Assembly (NCBI GenBank): GCA_042217545.1
Contig: JBDGSM010000002.1
Coordinates: 1 to 19,915, forward strand
Direction of reading: 5' to 3'
Origin: Candidatus Nanohalobium sp.
Lineage (GTDB): Archaea; Nanohalarchaeota; Nanosalinia; Nanosalinales; Nanosalinaceae
DNA: 19,915 nt
How positions within the stretch are numbered: position 1 is the first letter of the stretch; each line of letters begins with the position of its first letter. A program made the position numbers and the translations under genes. Below the pieces are notes generated by a model. The model did no database searches. It was not told the DNA's origin and worked only from the letters and a program-made list of their open reading frames with translations. Positions 6,934-17,500 of this stretch are shown piece after piece.

Positions 6934-7935
6934 TTACTGTTTCTCTATTATCATGTCCAGTAGGTTTTTCAGGATTCCAAAGATGACAGGTCCGAGGAAG
7001 ATGCCTACAGGTCCGAAAAGGCCTATACCTCCTATCAGGCCGAGAAGTATGAAGAACGGATGGATGTCTGCGTCGCTGTCGACAACCAGGGGTCTGAGGA
7101 AGTTGTCGCTGCCGCCCACCAGTATTACTCCGTAGGCTACAAGGAATCCTGCCGCCAGTAGATTGCCTGTGATAGCGAGGTATACTGCGGCAGGGAACCA
7201 GACGAACGCTGACCCGATCATAGGTATGAATCCGAGCAGCACCATGACAAACGTCCAGAACAGGACGTTGGGCACACCCGCTATCAGGAGGCCTATACCT
7301 GCGAGAACTCCCTGTGAGAACGCCACCAGCACATGGCCTTTGACAACGGCCCAGACCGATTCAGCGGTCGAGCTGTACAGCATATCCTGTCTCTCATCGT
7401 TCATGAAGTCAAACTTCTTCGTCCATTCAACGAACTGCCTGCCATCCTTCAAGGCGTAGAACTGCAGGAAAAGCATTAGCGAGACACCTATCGAAAGATC
7501 AGTGAACAGGCTTACCGCCGAGGAAAGGCCTGAAGGCAGGAAGGAAGCGATGTTCTTAACGAGTTCGCCGGCCCTACGCTCGATGTGGATGGACTGGCCG
7601 GTGTACTGCATCACCAGGTGATCGATCTGGTCCGCTGCCTGGAGGCCCTGAGACGTATTAATACCTGAGACCATTCTTGCGGCGTCTCCTCCTACGGCTC
7701 CGATTATTATCGTGAAAGGCAGAATCGCGGCGAAGATAGTCAAGGCGATCACCAGAACTGCCGATACATCTTTCCCAAACCTGGACCTGATCTTCCTGAA
7801 CGCAGGATATGTTACAAAAGCCAGGAGAAGGCCTGTCAACAGGTAGCTTATCAGAGATGAGATCATGATAAAGCAGATTAAAGCTACGAGCACAGTACTA
7901 CCGTAGAGAAAGGCCTTCTGTCTGTCGATCTCCAT
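6934..7935 (-). CDS. AI-2E family (PerM/UPF0118) transporter, 333 aa
   Basis: Multiple TM helices with the motifs FYALKDG, LLGFIPMIGSAFVWFP, DNFLRPLVV, IHPFFILLGLIGGIGLFGPVGIFLGPVI. Confidence 0.95.
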   Translation of the reverse strand: MEIDRQKAFLYGSTVLVALICFIMISSLISYLLTGLLLAFVTYPAFRKIRSRFGKDVSAVLVIALTIFAAILPFTIIIGAVGGDAARMVSGINTSQGLQAADQIDHLVMQYTGQSIHIERRAGELVKNIASFLPSGLSSAVSLFTDLSIGVSLMLFLQFYALKDGRQFVEWTKKFDFMNDERQDMLYSSTAESVWAVVKGHVLVAFSQGVLAGIGLLIAGVPNVLFWTFVMVLLGFIPMIGSAFVWFPAAVYLAITGNLLAAGFLVAYGVILVGGSDNFLRPLVVDSDADIHPFFILLGLIGGIGLFGPVGIFLGPVIFGILKNLLDMIIEKQ

Positions 7936-8009
7936 GAAAGAAGTTTTCCGGAAAAATTTAGATAAAGTTTTAGGTCAGGATTAAATCACTAGCAGGGAAA
8001 AAGATTTGT

Positions 8010-8590
8010 ATGGAGTTCAATCCTTTCCGGGAGAACGCGGAAAAATACACAGGTTTAACTCGATCTACTCGAACGAGGCCGCAGGATGGAATATCGGAAG
8101 ACCTCAGGACCCTGTAAGGTACCCTGTCGAGTCCGGACAGATCCAGGGAGACGTACTCGATGTAGGGTGTGGTACAGGCCTTCATACGCGTTACATGGCA
8201 TCGAAAGGTCTTGAAGTGCCTGGTATTGACTTCTCAGCTGAAGCTATTTACAGGGCGAAGCAGAATGCCTACCAGGAGAACTCCTCCGCCGAGTTCCTTG
8301 TCTGGAACGCCCTGAACCTTTCAGGTCTTAACAGGAGTTTCGATACCGTGCTGGATTCCGCAATGATGCACTCTCTAAGCAGGACTGAGAGACCCGAGTA
8401 TGTAGAAGAGCTTGGGAAGGTTCTCAGGCCGGGCGGCAGAGCATTCATCATCTGCTCGCAGCAGAGCGTGCCTGTCTGGGAGATAAGGGCCCTATTCCGG
8501 GAATGGAGCGTGGTTTACGTTCTTGAGACTCGTTACACGTATACCTCCAACTCTATCCCTGCTTTCCTGATCTGCGTGGAAAAGGCCTGA
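8010..8590 (+). pseudogene. Class I SAM-dependent methyltransferase, apparently frameshifted near its 5' end (alternatively an intact gene from TTG 8006)
   Basis: WNIGRPQ, motif I VLDVGCGTG, GIDFS, FDTVLDS and LRPGG. The only ATG at promoter distance (8010, 24 nt from TTAAAT 7981-7986) is out of frame and would join the MTase frame with one extra A in the A5 run at 8041-8045. Confidence 0.6.
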
Positions 8591-8591
8591 G

Positions 8592-9248
8592 TTAGAAGCC
8601 CAGTGTTTCCTTTACAAGGATCAGCGTTGTCCTCCCGGGACTGTCCTGCCTGAATGTAAGTTCCTTTGCTACTGCGCTTTCTGCCCCGTACTCTGCCTTT
8701 GCTCTCTCGTTTTCAAGTCTGTAGGCGTATTTCCAGAGTCTTTCCCTTGCGGCTTCCAGATCTTCTGTTATCTTGTTGGTTCCGGAGACAAGTACAAGGT
8801 TTTCGGCGGCAAAAGGGTAGGCACCTACACGTGACCCAGAACGATCTGCTGCAACCAGTTCCCCTGTACTGGCTATCGCGTTCAGGCTCCCAAGGAAGTA
8901 ATCCGAGGCCTGTGCCTTTCTCCTCTGCCTGTTCCTTTCCTCGTCATCGTCGATCGAGAAGACCTTCCCGTAGAGGTTCTTCCAGCTGTGCCCTCCTGTG
9001 TTGAGGTAGTCGATAAAGCCTATCTCCTCCAGTGTTGTGGAGTGACCGGTCATGACCGAGGCCTCGTCCTCTATCTCATCTTTAACTGCCTCAAGGGCCT
9101 CTTCCCTGTCCTCAACGACCTTGACGTCAAAGTTGTTGTTCTCAAGGTTCCTGACAGTTTCCTCCAGTTTTTCCTGTGAAGGCCTTGAGTCATATTTTTC
9201 TGTTTCGATGTCGAGTTCTCCGATGAAGTCCTGTTTTGTCTTCGGCAT
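8592..9248 (-). CDS. LUD-domain (lactate utilization protein-like) protein, 218 aa
   Basis: L..NNF, GHSTTLEEIG, SDYFLGSLNAI...GELVAADRSGSRV, GTNKIT.DL..A..R and a C-terminal LILVKETLGF. Confidence 0.88.
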   Translation of the reverse strand: MPKTKQDFIGELDIETEKYDSRPSQEKLEETVRNLENNNFDVKVVEDREEALEAVKDEIEDEASVMTGHSTTLEEIGFIDYLNTGGHSWKNLYGKVFSIDDDEERNRQRRKAQASDYFLGSLNAIASTGELVAADRSGSRVGAYPFAAENLVLVSGTNKITEDLEAARERLWKYAYRLENERAKAEYGAESAVAKELTFRQDSPGRTTLILVKETLGF

Positions 9249-9370
9249 ACAGGCAGATTTTTGACCTGTACCTTTTAACCGGGTTAAGTGATCTCAAAGT
9301 TACCTTGTTTCAATGGGGGGGCTGATGGAGCTGGCTTTGTGCGTCCCGACAGAGGTTTTTTTGAAACAAA

Positions 9371-9376
9371 TTTAAA
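9371..9376 (+). promoter_or_regulatory. TATA box (TTTAAA) for the KaiC-like gene
   Basis: Lies 23 nt upstream of ATG 9399 and is preceded by purine-rich GAAACAAA (BRE-like). Confidence 0.65.
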
Positions 9377-9398
9377 CAGTGAAGCCACAGTCTGTGTT

Positions 9399-10085
9399 AT
9401 GGCTGAAGTTGAGCGAATTACTACAGGTATTGAAGGCTTGGACGATCTGATTCAGGGAGGTTTTCCGAAGAGTTCGGTCACCCTGATCTCAGGTGGTACA
9501 GGCACAGGTAAGACAACTCTCTGCAACCAGTTCCTTATGGAGGGGATTGAGAAGGGTCAAAAGGCCCTGTATATCTCTACCGAGGAGCCTGTCGAGGCCA
9601 TCAAGGATGACGCGGCAGTCTTTGACTGGGATCTGCGAAAGCATGAGGAGGAAGGAGTTCTCCGCATGGAGTACAGTGAGCCTTCCGAGAACCAGTATCT
9701 CTCCGGCCAGGTTAAGCAGCTACTGAACAGCGGGGAGTATGACCGCGTGGTACTTGACTCCATGAGCGTTTTCACGACTTATTGGGGCGACAAGTTCCAG
9801 ATCCGGAGAAACCTTCAGGATCTTGTGAAGATGCTGAGGAAGTCGGATTCAACCGTTATAATGACGGCAGAGATCCCTGAAGACAGTGAGAACTCTCTTT
9901 CACGTTCAAAGGTCTCAGAATTCGTAGCGGATGGAGTAGTAGCACTATACTACGAGTCGATGGGTGAAGGCAGCTTCAGAAACATCGAAGTCAGGAAGAT
10001 GAGGAGAACAGATAATACTCCAGGCACGCATCCAATAGAGATAACTGACGACGGGATGTCGATGAAGGAACAGGCCGGCTTCTAA
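9399..10085 (+). CDS. Single-domain KaiC/RAD55-family ATPase, 228 aa (start revised to ATG 9399)
   Basis: RITTGIEGLDDLIQGGFP, Walker A GGTGTGKT, STEE, Walker B VVLDS, TAE, EFVADGV and RKMRRT. Confidence 0.95.
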   Translation: MAEVERITTGIEGLDDLIQGGFPKSSVTLISGGTGTGKTTLCNQFLMEGIEKGQKALYISTEEPVEAIKDDAAVFDWDLRKHEEEGVLRMEYSEPSENQYLSGQVKQLLNSGEYDRVVLDSMSVFTTYWGDKFQIRRNLQDLVKMLRKSDSTVIMTAEIPEDSENSLSRSKVSEFVADGVVALYYESMGEGSFRNIEVRKMRRTDNTPGTHPIEITDDGMSMKEQAGF

Positions 10086-10095
10086 GGCCTAACGA

Positions 10096-10125
10096 CTTTT
10101 TTTTATTTCAGTAAAAAAACTTTTT
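10096..10125. terminator. Bidirectional oligo-T terminator between the convergent KaiC-like genes
   Basis: A T8 run on + after the stop at 10085 and an A7 run (T7 on minus) after the stop at 10134. They form the inverted repeat TTTTTTA-N6-TAAAAAA. Confidence 0.6.
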
Positions 10126-10133
10126 CCAAGATT

Positions 10134-11528
10134 CTAGAGTGATTCATATGCCTCGTAAACTCTGAGGCCTTCAGCTGTTACCTCTAACGGGAAGATATCT
10201 GTTTCGTGGTCCGTTCTACGCATCTTTCTTATCTTCAGGGTACGGTTGTAGTCCTCTGCGACCGGTACGAACTCCAGTAATATGACCGTATCGACCAGGT
10301 ACTCTATGATTCCCTGTTTGGAGAGGCCTTCCGAGGTCTCCGGGATAGATCCTACTAGTACAGCGGTAACCCCTGCCTCTCTGAGGTTGTTCATCAGGCT
10401 TGAAAGTGCGACACGTGACATGTACTCGTCCTGGATGAACATCTGTACGAGGGATACTGAGTCGATGACTACTCTGTCGGCGTCGATCTCCTCTATCGCG
10501 TTGTTCACCTGGTCAAGAAGATCGGAGATATAGCTTCTTACTACGCGGGAAAGATTGTCCATATCCTTGCTCGGGAAGACAGGTTTGATTGAAAGGACTC
10601 GGACCTTGTCCTGTTCCTCCAGGCTGTTGAAATCCCAGCCGAACATCGAGTTGATATCCTCGAGAATATCTTCCTGCCGCTCCTCTGTAGTAACGTATAC
10701 ACCTGGCTCTCCTTCCTGTGCGCCTTTCCAGATAAAGTTGGAGCAGAAAGCAGTTTTTCCTGTACCTGTCTTACCTGTGATCAGGTTCATCGTGCCCTTG
10801 ACGAAACCGCCTTCAACCTTGTTGTCCAGGTTCAGGACACCTGTAGTTATACGGTCCGCCTGATAATCATTTTTTTCAGTGATCGAGAGCTCTTCTTCCT
10901 CATCTTCCTGGGAGGCCTCTGCCTCACCCCCCTCAGCTTCCTCAGCTCCGGATTCAATCTCCTGATCCCGCTCATCAGGATGAGTGAAAGGATGCAGGAT
11001 GGAGTCAAGCAGCGAAGGCCTTTCCTCTTCTTCCTCATCTTCTTCAGTATCAAGAGTCTTCTCCTTCATCTCCTGGATAGTCTCAGCCAGGTCAGGGATA
11101 GCGCCTCCGACCTTCTTCTCGGGATGATCTATCTCTTTCTCGCCCTCCATGGCCCTGTCAAATTCATTCTTTTCCTCCTCAGTAACTTCTTCCGAGGCCT
11201 CCTCCGCTTTCTGCTCCTCTTCCTCTTCTTTCTTTTCCTGTATTTCCCTTTCGGTCTCTTCTCCCTCAGTGTATATTACTCCTGAATCCATGCTGTCAGT
11301 CGATATCTTGAAGCCTTCATCAAGTTCGTCGACATTCACCGTTATTTTCTTGACTTCGCCAGGTTTAAGGTCGAGAAGCTCAGTATCAACATTTTCCCTA
11401 CCGGAGTAGAAGCTTAAGAAGTCATAGAACAGGTCCTCGGACTGGTTCTGGAAGGAGATAGTTACTTCTTTCCCTGAACCGTTGTCCTGTTTCTGGATTT
11501 CCGTTACCGTTACTCCGCTACCCGACAT
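10134..11528 (-). CDS. KaiC/RAD55-family ATPase with an N-terminal beta-rich domain and long Glu-rich linker, 464 aa
   Basis: C-terminal KaiC domain (RITTGVLNLD, GKTGTGKT, TTEE, VVIDS, EYLVDT, RKMRRT). N-terminal ~90 aa beta-sandwich-like segment (VTISFQN, LKPGEVKKITV), then ~130 aa of extremely acidic linker. Confidence 0.93.
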   Translation of the reverse strand: MSGSGVTVTEIQKQDNGSGKEVTISFQNQSEDLFYDFLSFYSGRENVDTELLDLKPGEVKKITVNVDELDEGFKISTDSMDSGVIYTEGEETEREIQEKKEEEEEQKAEEASEEVTEEEKNEFDRAMEGEKEIDHPEKKVGGAIPDLAETIQEMKEKTLDTEEDEEEEERPSLLDSILHPFTHPDERDQEIESGAEEAEGGEAEASQEDEEEELSITEKNDYQADRITTGVLNLDNKVEGGFVKGTMNLITGKTGTGKTAFCSNFIWKGAQEGEPGVYVTTEERQEDILEDINSMFGWDFNSLEEQDKVRVLSIKPVFPSKDMDNLSRVVRSYISDLLDQVNNAIEEIDADRVVIDSVSLVQMFIQDEYMSRVALSSLMNNLREAGVTAVLVGSIPETSEGLSKQGIIEYLVDTVILLEFVPVAEDYNRTLKIRKMRRTDHETDIFPLEVTAEGLRVYEAYESL

Positions 11529-11577
11529 AGAAAGGCCTCTTATCTAACATTTTGTGAACCCTCCTTGAAAAAGAGTT

Positions 11578-14500
11578 CTATTCCTCATCTTCCTGATCTT
11601 CTTCTCCGTGGATGTTCTGCCTGGCTCTCCTGTTGGCTGCCCACCATTTCTCCAGTTCCTCCATACCTTTCCACGGGGCCTTCAGGTAGTTCTGAACCGT
11701 GAGCTTGCTCCAGAGGAATCCATCCAGCTCATCCTTCAGGTCTTCCTTCTCTCCACGGAGCTCCAGTATCCTGTTCTGCCTGTCCTGCATCATCTCGTTG
11801 AAGGTGTCCTTGTCTATCTGTCTCTTGAAGTACTGCTTCTCGCCCTTTTTCCGGGCCTCAACCTGATCCTCAAGTTCGCTGTTAATCCTTACGAGCTCTG
11901 TCTGAATCCTGTAGTACGGGATACCTACGACTGTTACGAGGAAGAACGCGATGTAAAGCAGCATGAATCCTAGTGCGTACTTCCACCAGTTCAGAAGTAC
12001 GTACTTCTTCAGGGCCTTGGCCTCAAGCTTTGAATCAATGGTTTCAGCTTTCGAATAACCCTGATTCAGGCCTTCTCTCAGGGCTGTCAGGTTATCATCC
12101 ATTATGGATCTGTTAGCGTCTTCAATACTGTTCCAGAGGCCTTTGAACATCTTTCTTTCCCCAGAAGTATCTATACCTGCTAACCTGTACCGCTTTATGC
12201 TTGCGTTCAACAACTGTGCCCGTTGCTTGAGCTCCTTGTATTTTTCTACTTCCTTCCTGTCCAGAACCTGGAAATCCAGGTACCTCTCCCTTGAGGCGTT
12301 ACCGCTCCTGATTGAAAGCAGAGGGCTGAAAGTCCCTTCACGTGTGTGAAGAGGCACATAAACGCCTAGCTTGAACCTCCTAGTCTGCTGAGGCCCTATC
12401 TGTGCTGAGGTCACTTTGTGCCCGTTGCTAAGGACGTAGGCGTTGCAGCAGCTGCTTGAAAAGTTGAATTGCAGGTTGAGAGGTTTGCTCTTTTTCTTGC
12501 TTGTAACTGTGAACCGTGCAGTAGCGTTCTCGTACTGTAAGACTGATTCGTTCAGCGGTGTCAGGCTTGTTGGGAGCGATGCGTTGAAGGAGTTGATCTC
12601 GACGTTGCCACGAGAGAACACAATGTTCCTGGTGGCGTTAGCGCTGTCCGAGGCGCACATAACGCTGTAACTGAAAGTATTGTAGTCCACGTCGCTTATG
12701 TCCACTTCTGCCTGGTGGTATGCGCCGCCTGTTTTGTCGAAGGATTTTGCCTGCTTGAAGCTTACGTCCTCCGGGATAACGTTTCTTGAATAGACACATT
12801 TAGCCGCTATGTTGGTGTTAACTGATAGATTGACTGTTTTAGTGCCTGGCGCAACGGTAACTGGCGGGGATAGCCTTGTAATCTTCATTCGGGGTCCTCC
12901 TCCACCAGGCAATCCCGAGAATCCTCTTCCAGGGCCTGTTCCGTTCTTGGTCGTTCCAGAGCCACCTATACTTACTGAGAATGATGGTGGTGGGCTGGTC
13001 AATAGGTCCTGGCTTTCCGAGTTTCCTCTGTTGTCAGATCCAACTAGGAGTATTGACACGCTTTTGCCTGATTCTGGAGCAGTAAAGGTTGCTGTCGCCG
13101 TCCCGTTGTCGTGGTTGTAATCCATTCTCTGATAGCCTGTGGATCCCTGCTTGCACTCGCTGCATATCGCGAAGGATGAGAACGATCCCGCATCGATAAG
13201 CTGTCCTCCAGGCTCCCTCCAGTAAACCTTGACAGTGAAGTTCGATCCAGGTTTGATATAGTCCGGCTGCTCCATCTTAACAGGCTTCAGAAGCCTGCTT
13301 ACACCCACAGTCTTTTTCAGGCTGGCTGAGTTATTTCCTTTACTCACGTTCAGGTATAGCGTGTAATCCACCGGAATCTTGGCCGGATCAGTAGTACTGG
13401 ACGGAGGATCTGACCGCTTCACGGTGTAAGCGCTTATTCCGCCTGCGCCGTTTGCAAGGCTTACATTGGATCCATTTCTTGATAGAACAGCATTCAGATC
13501 ATAGTTATTGAGCCGTTCACCATCAGCATCCCTCAGCTCCATATTATACTTTATCTTCTCCCGAGTCAGATAGATCTGCCTGCTTGGAGAGACATCTAGG
13601 TTCAGACTATCACTAACCCTGAAACTGCCGTTTTCACCGTCCGAGTTACCTGCTATATCCCATGCAGTGACTCTGAAGCTGTAATTACCTGCCTCAGAAG
13701 TATTAGTGAACCTGTAGCGGTACATACCATCATCTCCCCGGTTCATACTGAACTTCTGAATCTTTGAAGACTTGTTAACAGGATGGGAGACCTCCAAAGT
13801 AACATTATCGAGTAAAGAGTTGTCTGTAACGTTTGCCTGGAACGAAATACTTTCATTCAGGTTTGGAACGGATTCACTGCTACTTACCTGTCTCAGAACA
13901 GGACTTGAGGAATCAGAGGACACGATTTCCACAGGAACCTTCTTGCTGGTTCCATTTCCTTTACCGGGCGTGGCAGTGAACGTCAGGTTGGCCTTACCTG
14001 TCGAATAGGAGGCCTTTGTAAGGTAGCCGACATCTTTTCTGCGGTCTGAGTATGTGAGATTTCCGGCCGACTTGCTGGCCCGGATAGGCTTTATAACAGA
14101 GTTATTGGAGCTCTGGACCGTCAGGTTTATATTGCGCAGGCCTCCGTCCAAGGCCTTGAGCACCCAAGTAAGATTGTAGGGCGAAGCCGATTTAGGCAGG
14201 ATTAGAACAGAACTGTTGCCGTTTATATTTTGTACTGAGCTATTTCCATACGCCACTGAGACGTTACCTGTTTTCTTTGTTATGGTGGAATCTCCCGTTG
14301 ATGCTTTGACCTTGAATGAGTAGTTCCCTGAATTGTAGAACCTACTGAACTTCAAAGTGTTTTCTCCATTGACCTGATCATACGAACTTATCGTGTTTCC
14401 TCCCAGAGGCCTGGAAGCATTGATTTCTATATTTTCTACAGGTTCTGAGTTGCCTGTGATATTCAAGGAGAATTTGACGGGGTTTCCAACCGTTGTGGTG

Positions 14501-17500
14501 TTCTGTAGTAGCGTTGCATTCATTTCAAGCTGTGATACATTGAAGCTTTCTCCCAGCGTCTTCCTCCTGAGGTTTCCGTGGTTGTCCTTAACGTATATTT
14601 TTGTGAAGTTGTAGGTTCCTCTACGGGATGTTTTCTGGTAATCTACATACCAGAGATGTTTCCTGTTTACCGATGAACTTTTCTGTAATGTAAGATTCTC
14701 TTCCTGTCCTGTTGTGTTAACTACTGTCGCGTTAGCCGACCGTATCTTTGAGTTATCCTTGAGCTGGGCCTTGAGGGTCTCAGTCTGATTCAGGTTTATT
14801 TTAGAGGCAGTTATACTGTAACTTTCTACAGTCGGTTTCTCCGAGTCCTTTACATGGATTGAGATCGCCTTTGAAGTATTGTAGGTTCCTGTCCTCTCCC
14901 CCAGAGCTGCCTCTATACTGTAATCGCCTTTACCTGCTATGGAAAGATTTGAGAACGTGAAGTCCTGGCTGTAGCCCGAGGAAATGTTGTTCAAATGCCT
15001 TACATGGTTTTCATCATCTGGAATGTTCTTCAGTTTCAGAGCAGCATCTACAGCCTTCCCTGTGTTGCCCTGGCTTTTCAGGTTGAGAGCCGTAAGGTTA
15101 ACTGAGAAGTTCTCATTCTGATCCACTGTACAGCTCCCTACACAGCTCAAATTGGCGATCTGTAGATCTGGAGCACGGTAAAGAGATCTAGCGATCCTTT
15201 TATTACCCAGGAGATCTGTTCTGAACGTTACGTTAGTATCCTGCGCTGGTGTAAAGGCCTCGGGATCTATCGTCACATTCAGATGCCAGTAGCCTCCAGA
15301 TACGTTCAAGTCAAGGCCTTTAGAGGTCTCCGTTGCATTGCATTCGCCTCCGTAGCTGCAGGAAAAGTTCTCTACCCCAAGTTTATCTGAACCGGTTTTA
15401 AAGACTGTTAGGCCTATTTCTTTACTTTCTACCGTCTTGTTCAGATCTACCTGAAGCGTCAGGTTTCCACGGTAACCAGCGGGCACGTCCAGGCCTTTTA
15501 CAACTTCTGTGGAGTAGTTGTTCACGTTGAATTTGGGAAGTCCTGAGTCCACTTTCCTGGTGTTCCCTGCATTATCGGTTATGTATACTGCAGTTACGTT
15601 GTATTTTCCAGCTTTGGATCTTTCTCCGATGTCTGCACGCCATAGATTATTATCTCCTGAGATATTCTGCATCGTGTAGTTCTTCCTATTTCCTCCATTG
15701 ACCTCTACTACTGCGCTGTCAACTCCGTTCTTGTCGGAGAGGTTGGCGTTGAAGTAAAGAGCTTCTCCTTTGTATATGTTAACATCTCCTCTGAGGCCTT
15801 TTGGCTGTGAAAGGTTTGAGGCCTCTAGTTGAGGTTTCTTGGTGTCCAGGGTGTATGTGTATGTTTTCTTCAGCTGGTTTCCTGCCGTGTCGTTGATGAG
15901 GAGTTCAACCTGTTTCTGTCCATCATTTGTCCATCCTGGATCGAATTTTGTGCCGTTTTGAAGCGTATTAACTGCTCCAGAAGCATTCCATTTTGCAGAG
16001 GAAACATCCGATATATCATCGGTGAAGTTGACGTTGAATTTCCTGGAGCCGTTTATCACATTTTCTCCCGGTGCGATGTCAAGTATTCTCGGCTTCTTGT
16101 AATCCACAAGGTAGTTTCTGGTCTTCCTCCCCTCAAGGCCTACTTCGTCAATGGCCTTCACCCGCACAGTACACGTATGGTCGTCCGCTGTGGCGTCACA
16201 TCTTTCGCTGTTGCCCACGTTTACCTGGATGTCGTTAGTGCAGGAATGGTACATCCATCTGGAGCCTTCTATCTTTACACGGCATCTAAGAACTGACACG
16301 TTCTCTACATTGTCGCTTATACTTGTTTTAACATTGAAGTTTTTGTTCTGCCAGGTATTTGCCGCTGGAGAATCTATTGACACGTCTGGTGCCACATTGT
16401 CGACCTTAAACCTCAGGAGGGAAGTGTTACTGTTTCCTGCCGTGTCTTTCGCTGTCAAGCGAATCTGGCACTTATTCGATGAACTATCCTTGCAGTTACC
16501 AGTAACGAAGTCAAAGCTACTGTCGCTGAACTTAATGCCGTAACTTCCTTGCTTCCAGGAATTATTTCCGTAACGGTATTCTACAGAGATTGAGCCATTG
16601 CTTTCGTCGTCATCTGCCGTAAAGCCTACATTGATGACTCCTGTCTCCCAGGAACTGTTGATGCTGCTCTGCAGCGCAACATTTGGAGGTTGAGTGTCCA
16701 GGTAAAACCATGTGCTGGAATTAGCAGATGTTGAAGCGTTATCCAATGCTCTTGACTTCAAACTGTAGTTCCCGTCTCCAGAGAGCTGTGACGAATCCAG
16801 CACAGCATTGAAAGTATGGTTAGAGGCTCCTATACCGGTCAGATTCTGCGAGTAAACCATATTTCCATTTGAATCGTAGATACTGTAATTATGGCTTTCA
16901 ATAACATTGACTCCTGGCCTCTTGGCGTGGACAGAGAGATCGATAGTACTGTTTACGTACTGCCTGTAAGGCCTCTGGATAGTTACTGATGTCTTACTAT
17001 TCTCCACACGGAAGCCTGAGGTATCCGAGGCCTTGTTGCCGGAGCTATCCAGGACGGTTAAATTGGCTTTTACATCCCCGAATAGGGATATATCCGGATT
17101 GCTGTTCCAGATAGCGGAGTAGGAATTGGAAGAGTTGAGGTCTCCTGAGTCAAACACCTGGGAAGAGTTTGAAGCATTGTAAACCGTGTAGTTTACGTCT
17201 TTGATACCTGAGTCCTTATCTGAGATCCTTGCCTTTATCTGTACCTCGCCTGCGACTCTTGAGCCTTTGCTTGGATATCTTAAGGTCGCTTCAGGCTTTT
17301 TCTTGTCTATAAGGATTCTCTGTGTTTCGTAGCTGGCGTTGGCATTGCCTGCGGAGTCAGTAGCACCGTATTTGACCGATTTATTGCAGACTGCCCCGTC
17401 TACACAGCCTACATCGACCGTAACGTTCTTTCCTGATAGTGAGGAACCTGTTTTCGCGCAGAGGCCTGTGAGAGTCCTGACGCAGTAGGATATCTTCCCC

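Noticed and set aside
9288..9398. 37-aa N-terminal extension of the KaiC-like gene from GTG 9288
   Set aside because: Homology starts at MAEVERITTG and a TATA box lies 23 nt before ATG 9399, inside the proposed extension.
9399..11528. Circadian clock (kaiABC)
   Set aside because: Both proteins are single-domain, lack the S/T phosphosites, and no kaiA or kaiB is present in the window.
11518..11550. 10-codon uORF (MLDKRPFYVG) with GGAGG upstream, overlapping the KaiC-2 start
   Set aside because: It is too short to distinguish from chance, and the annotated ATG 11528 gives a complete protein.
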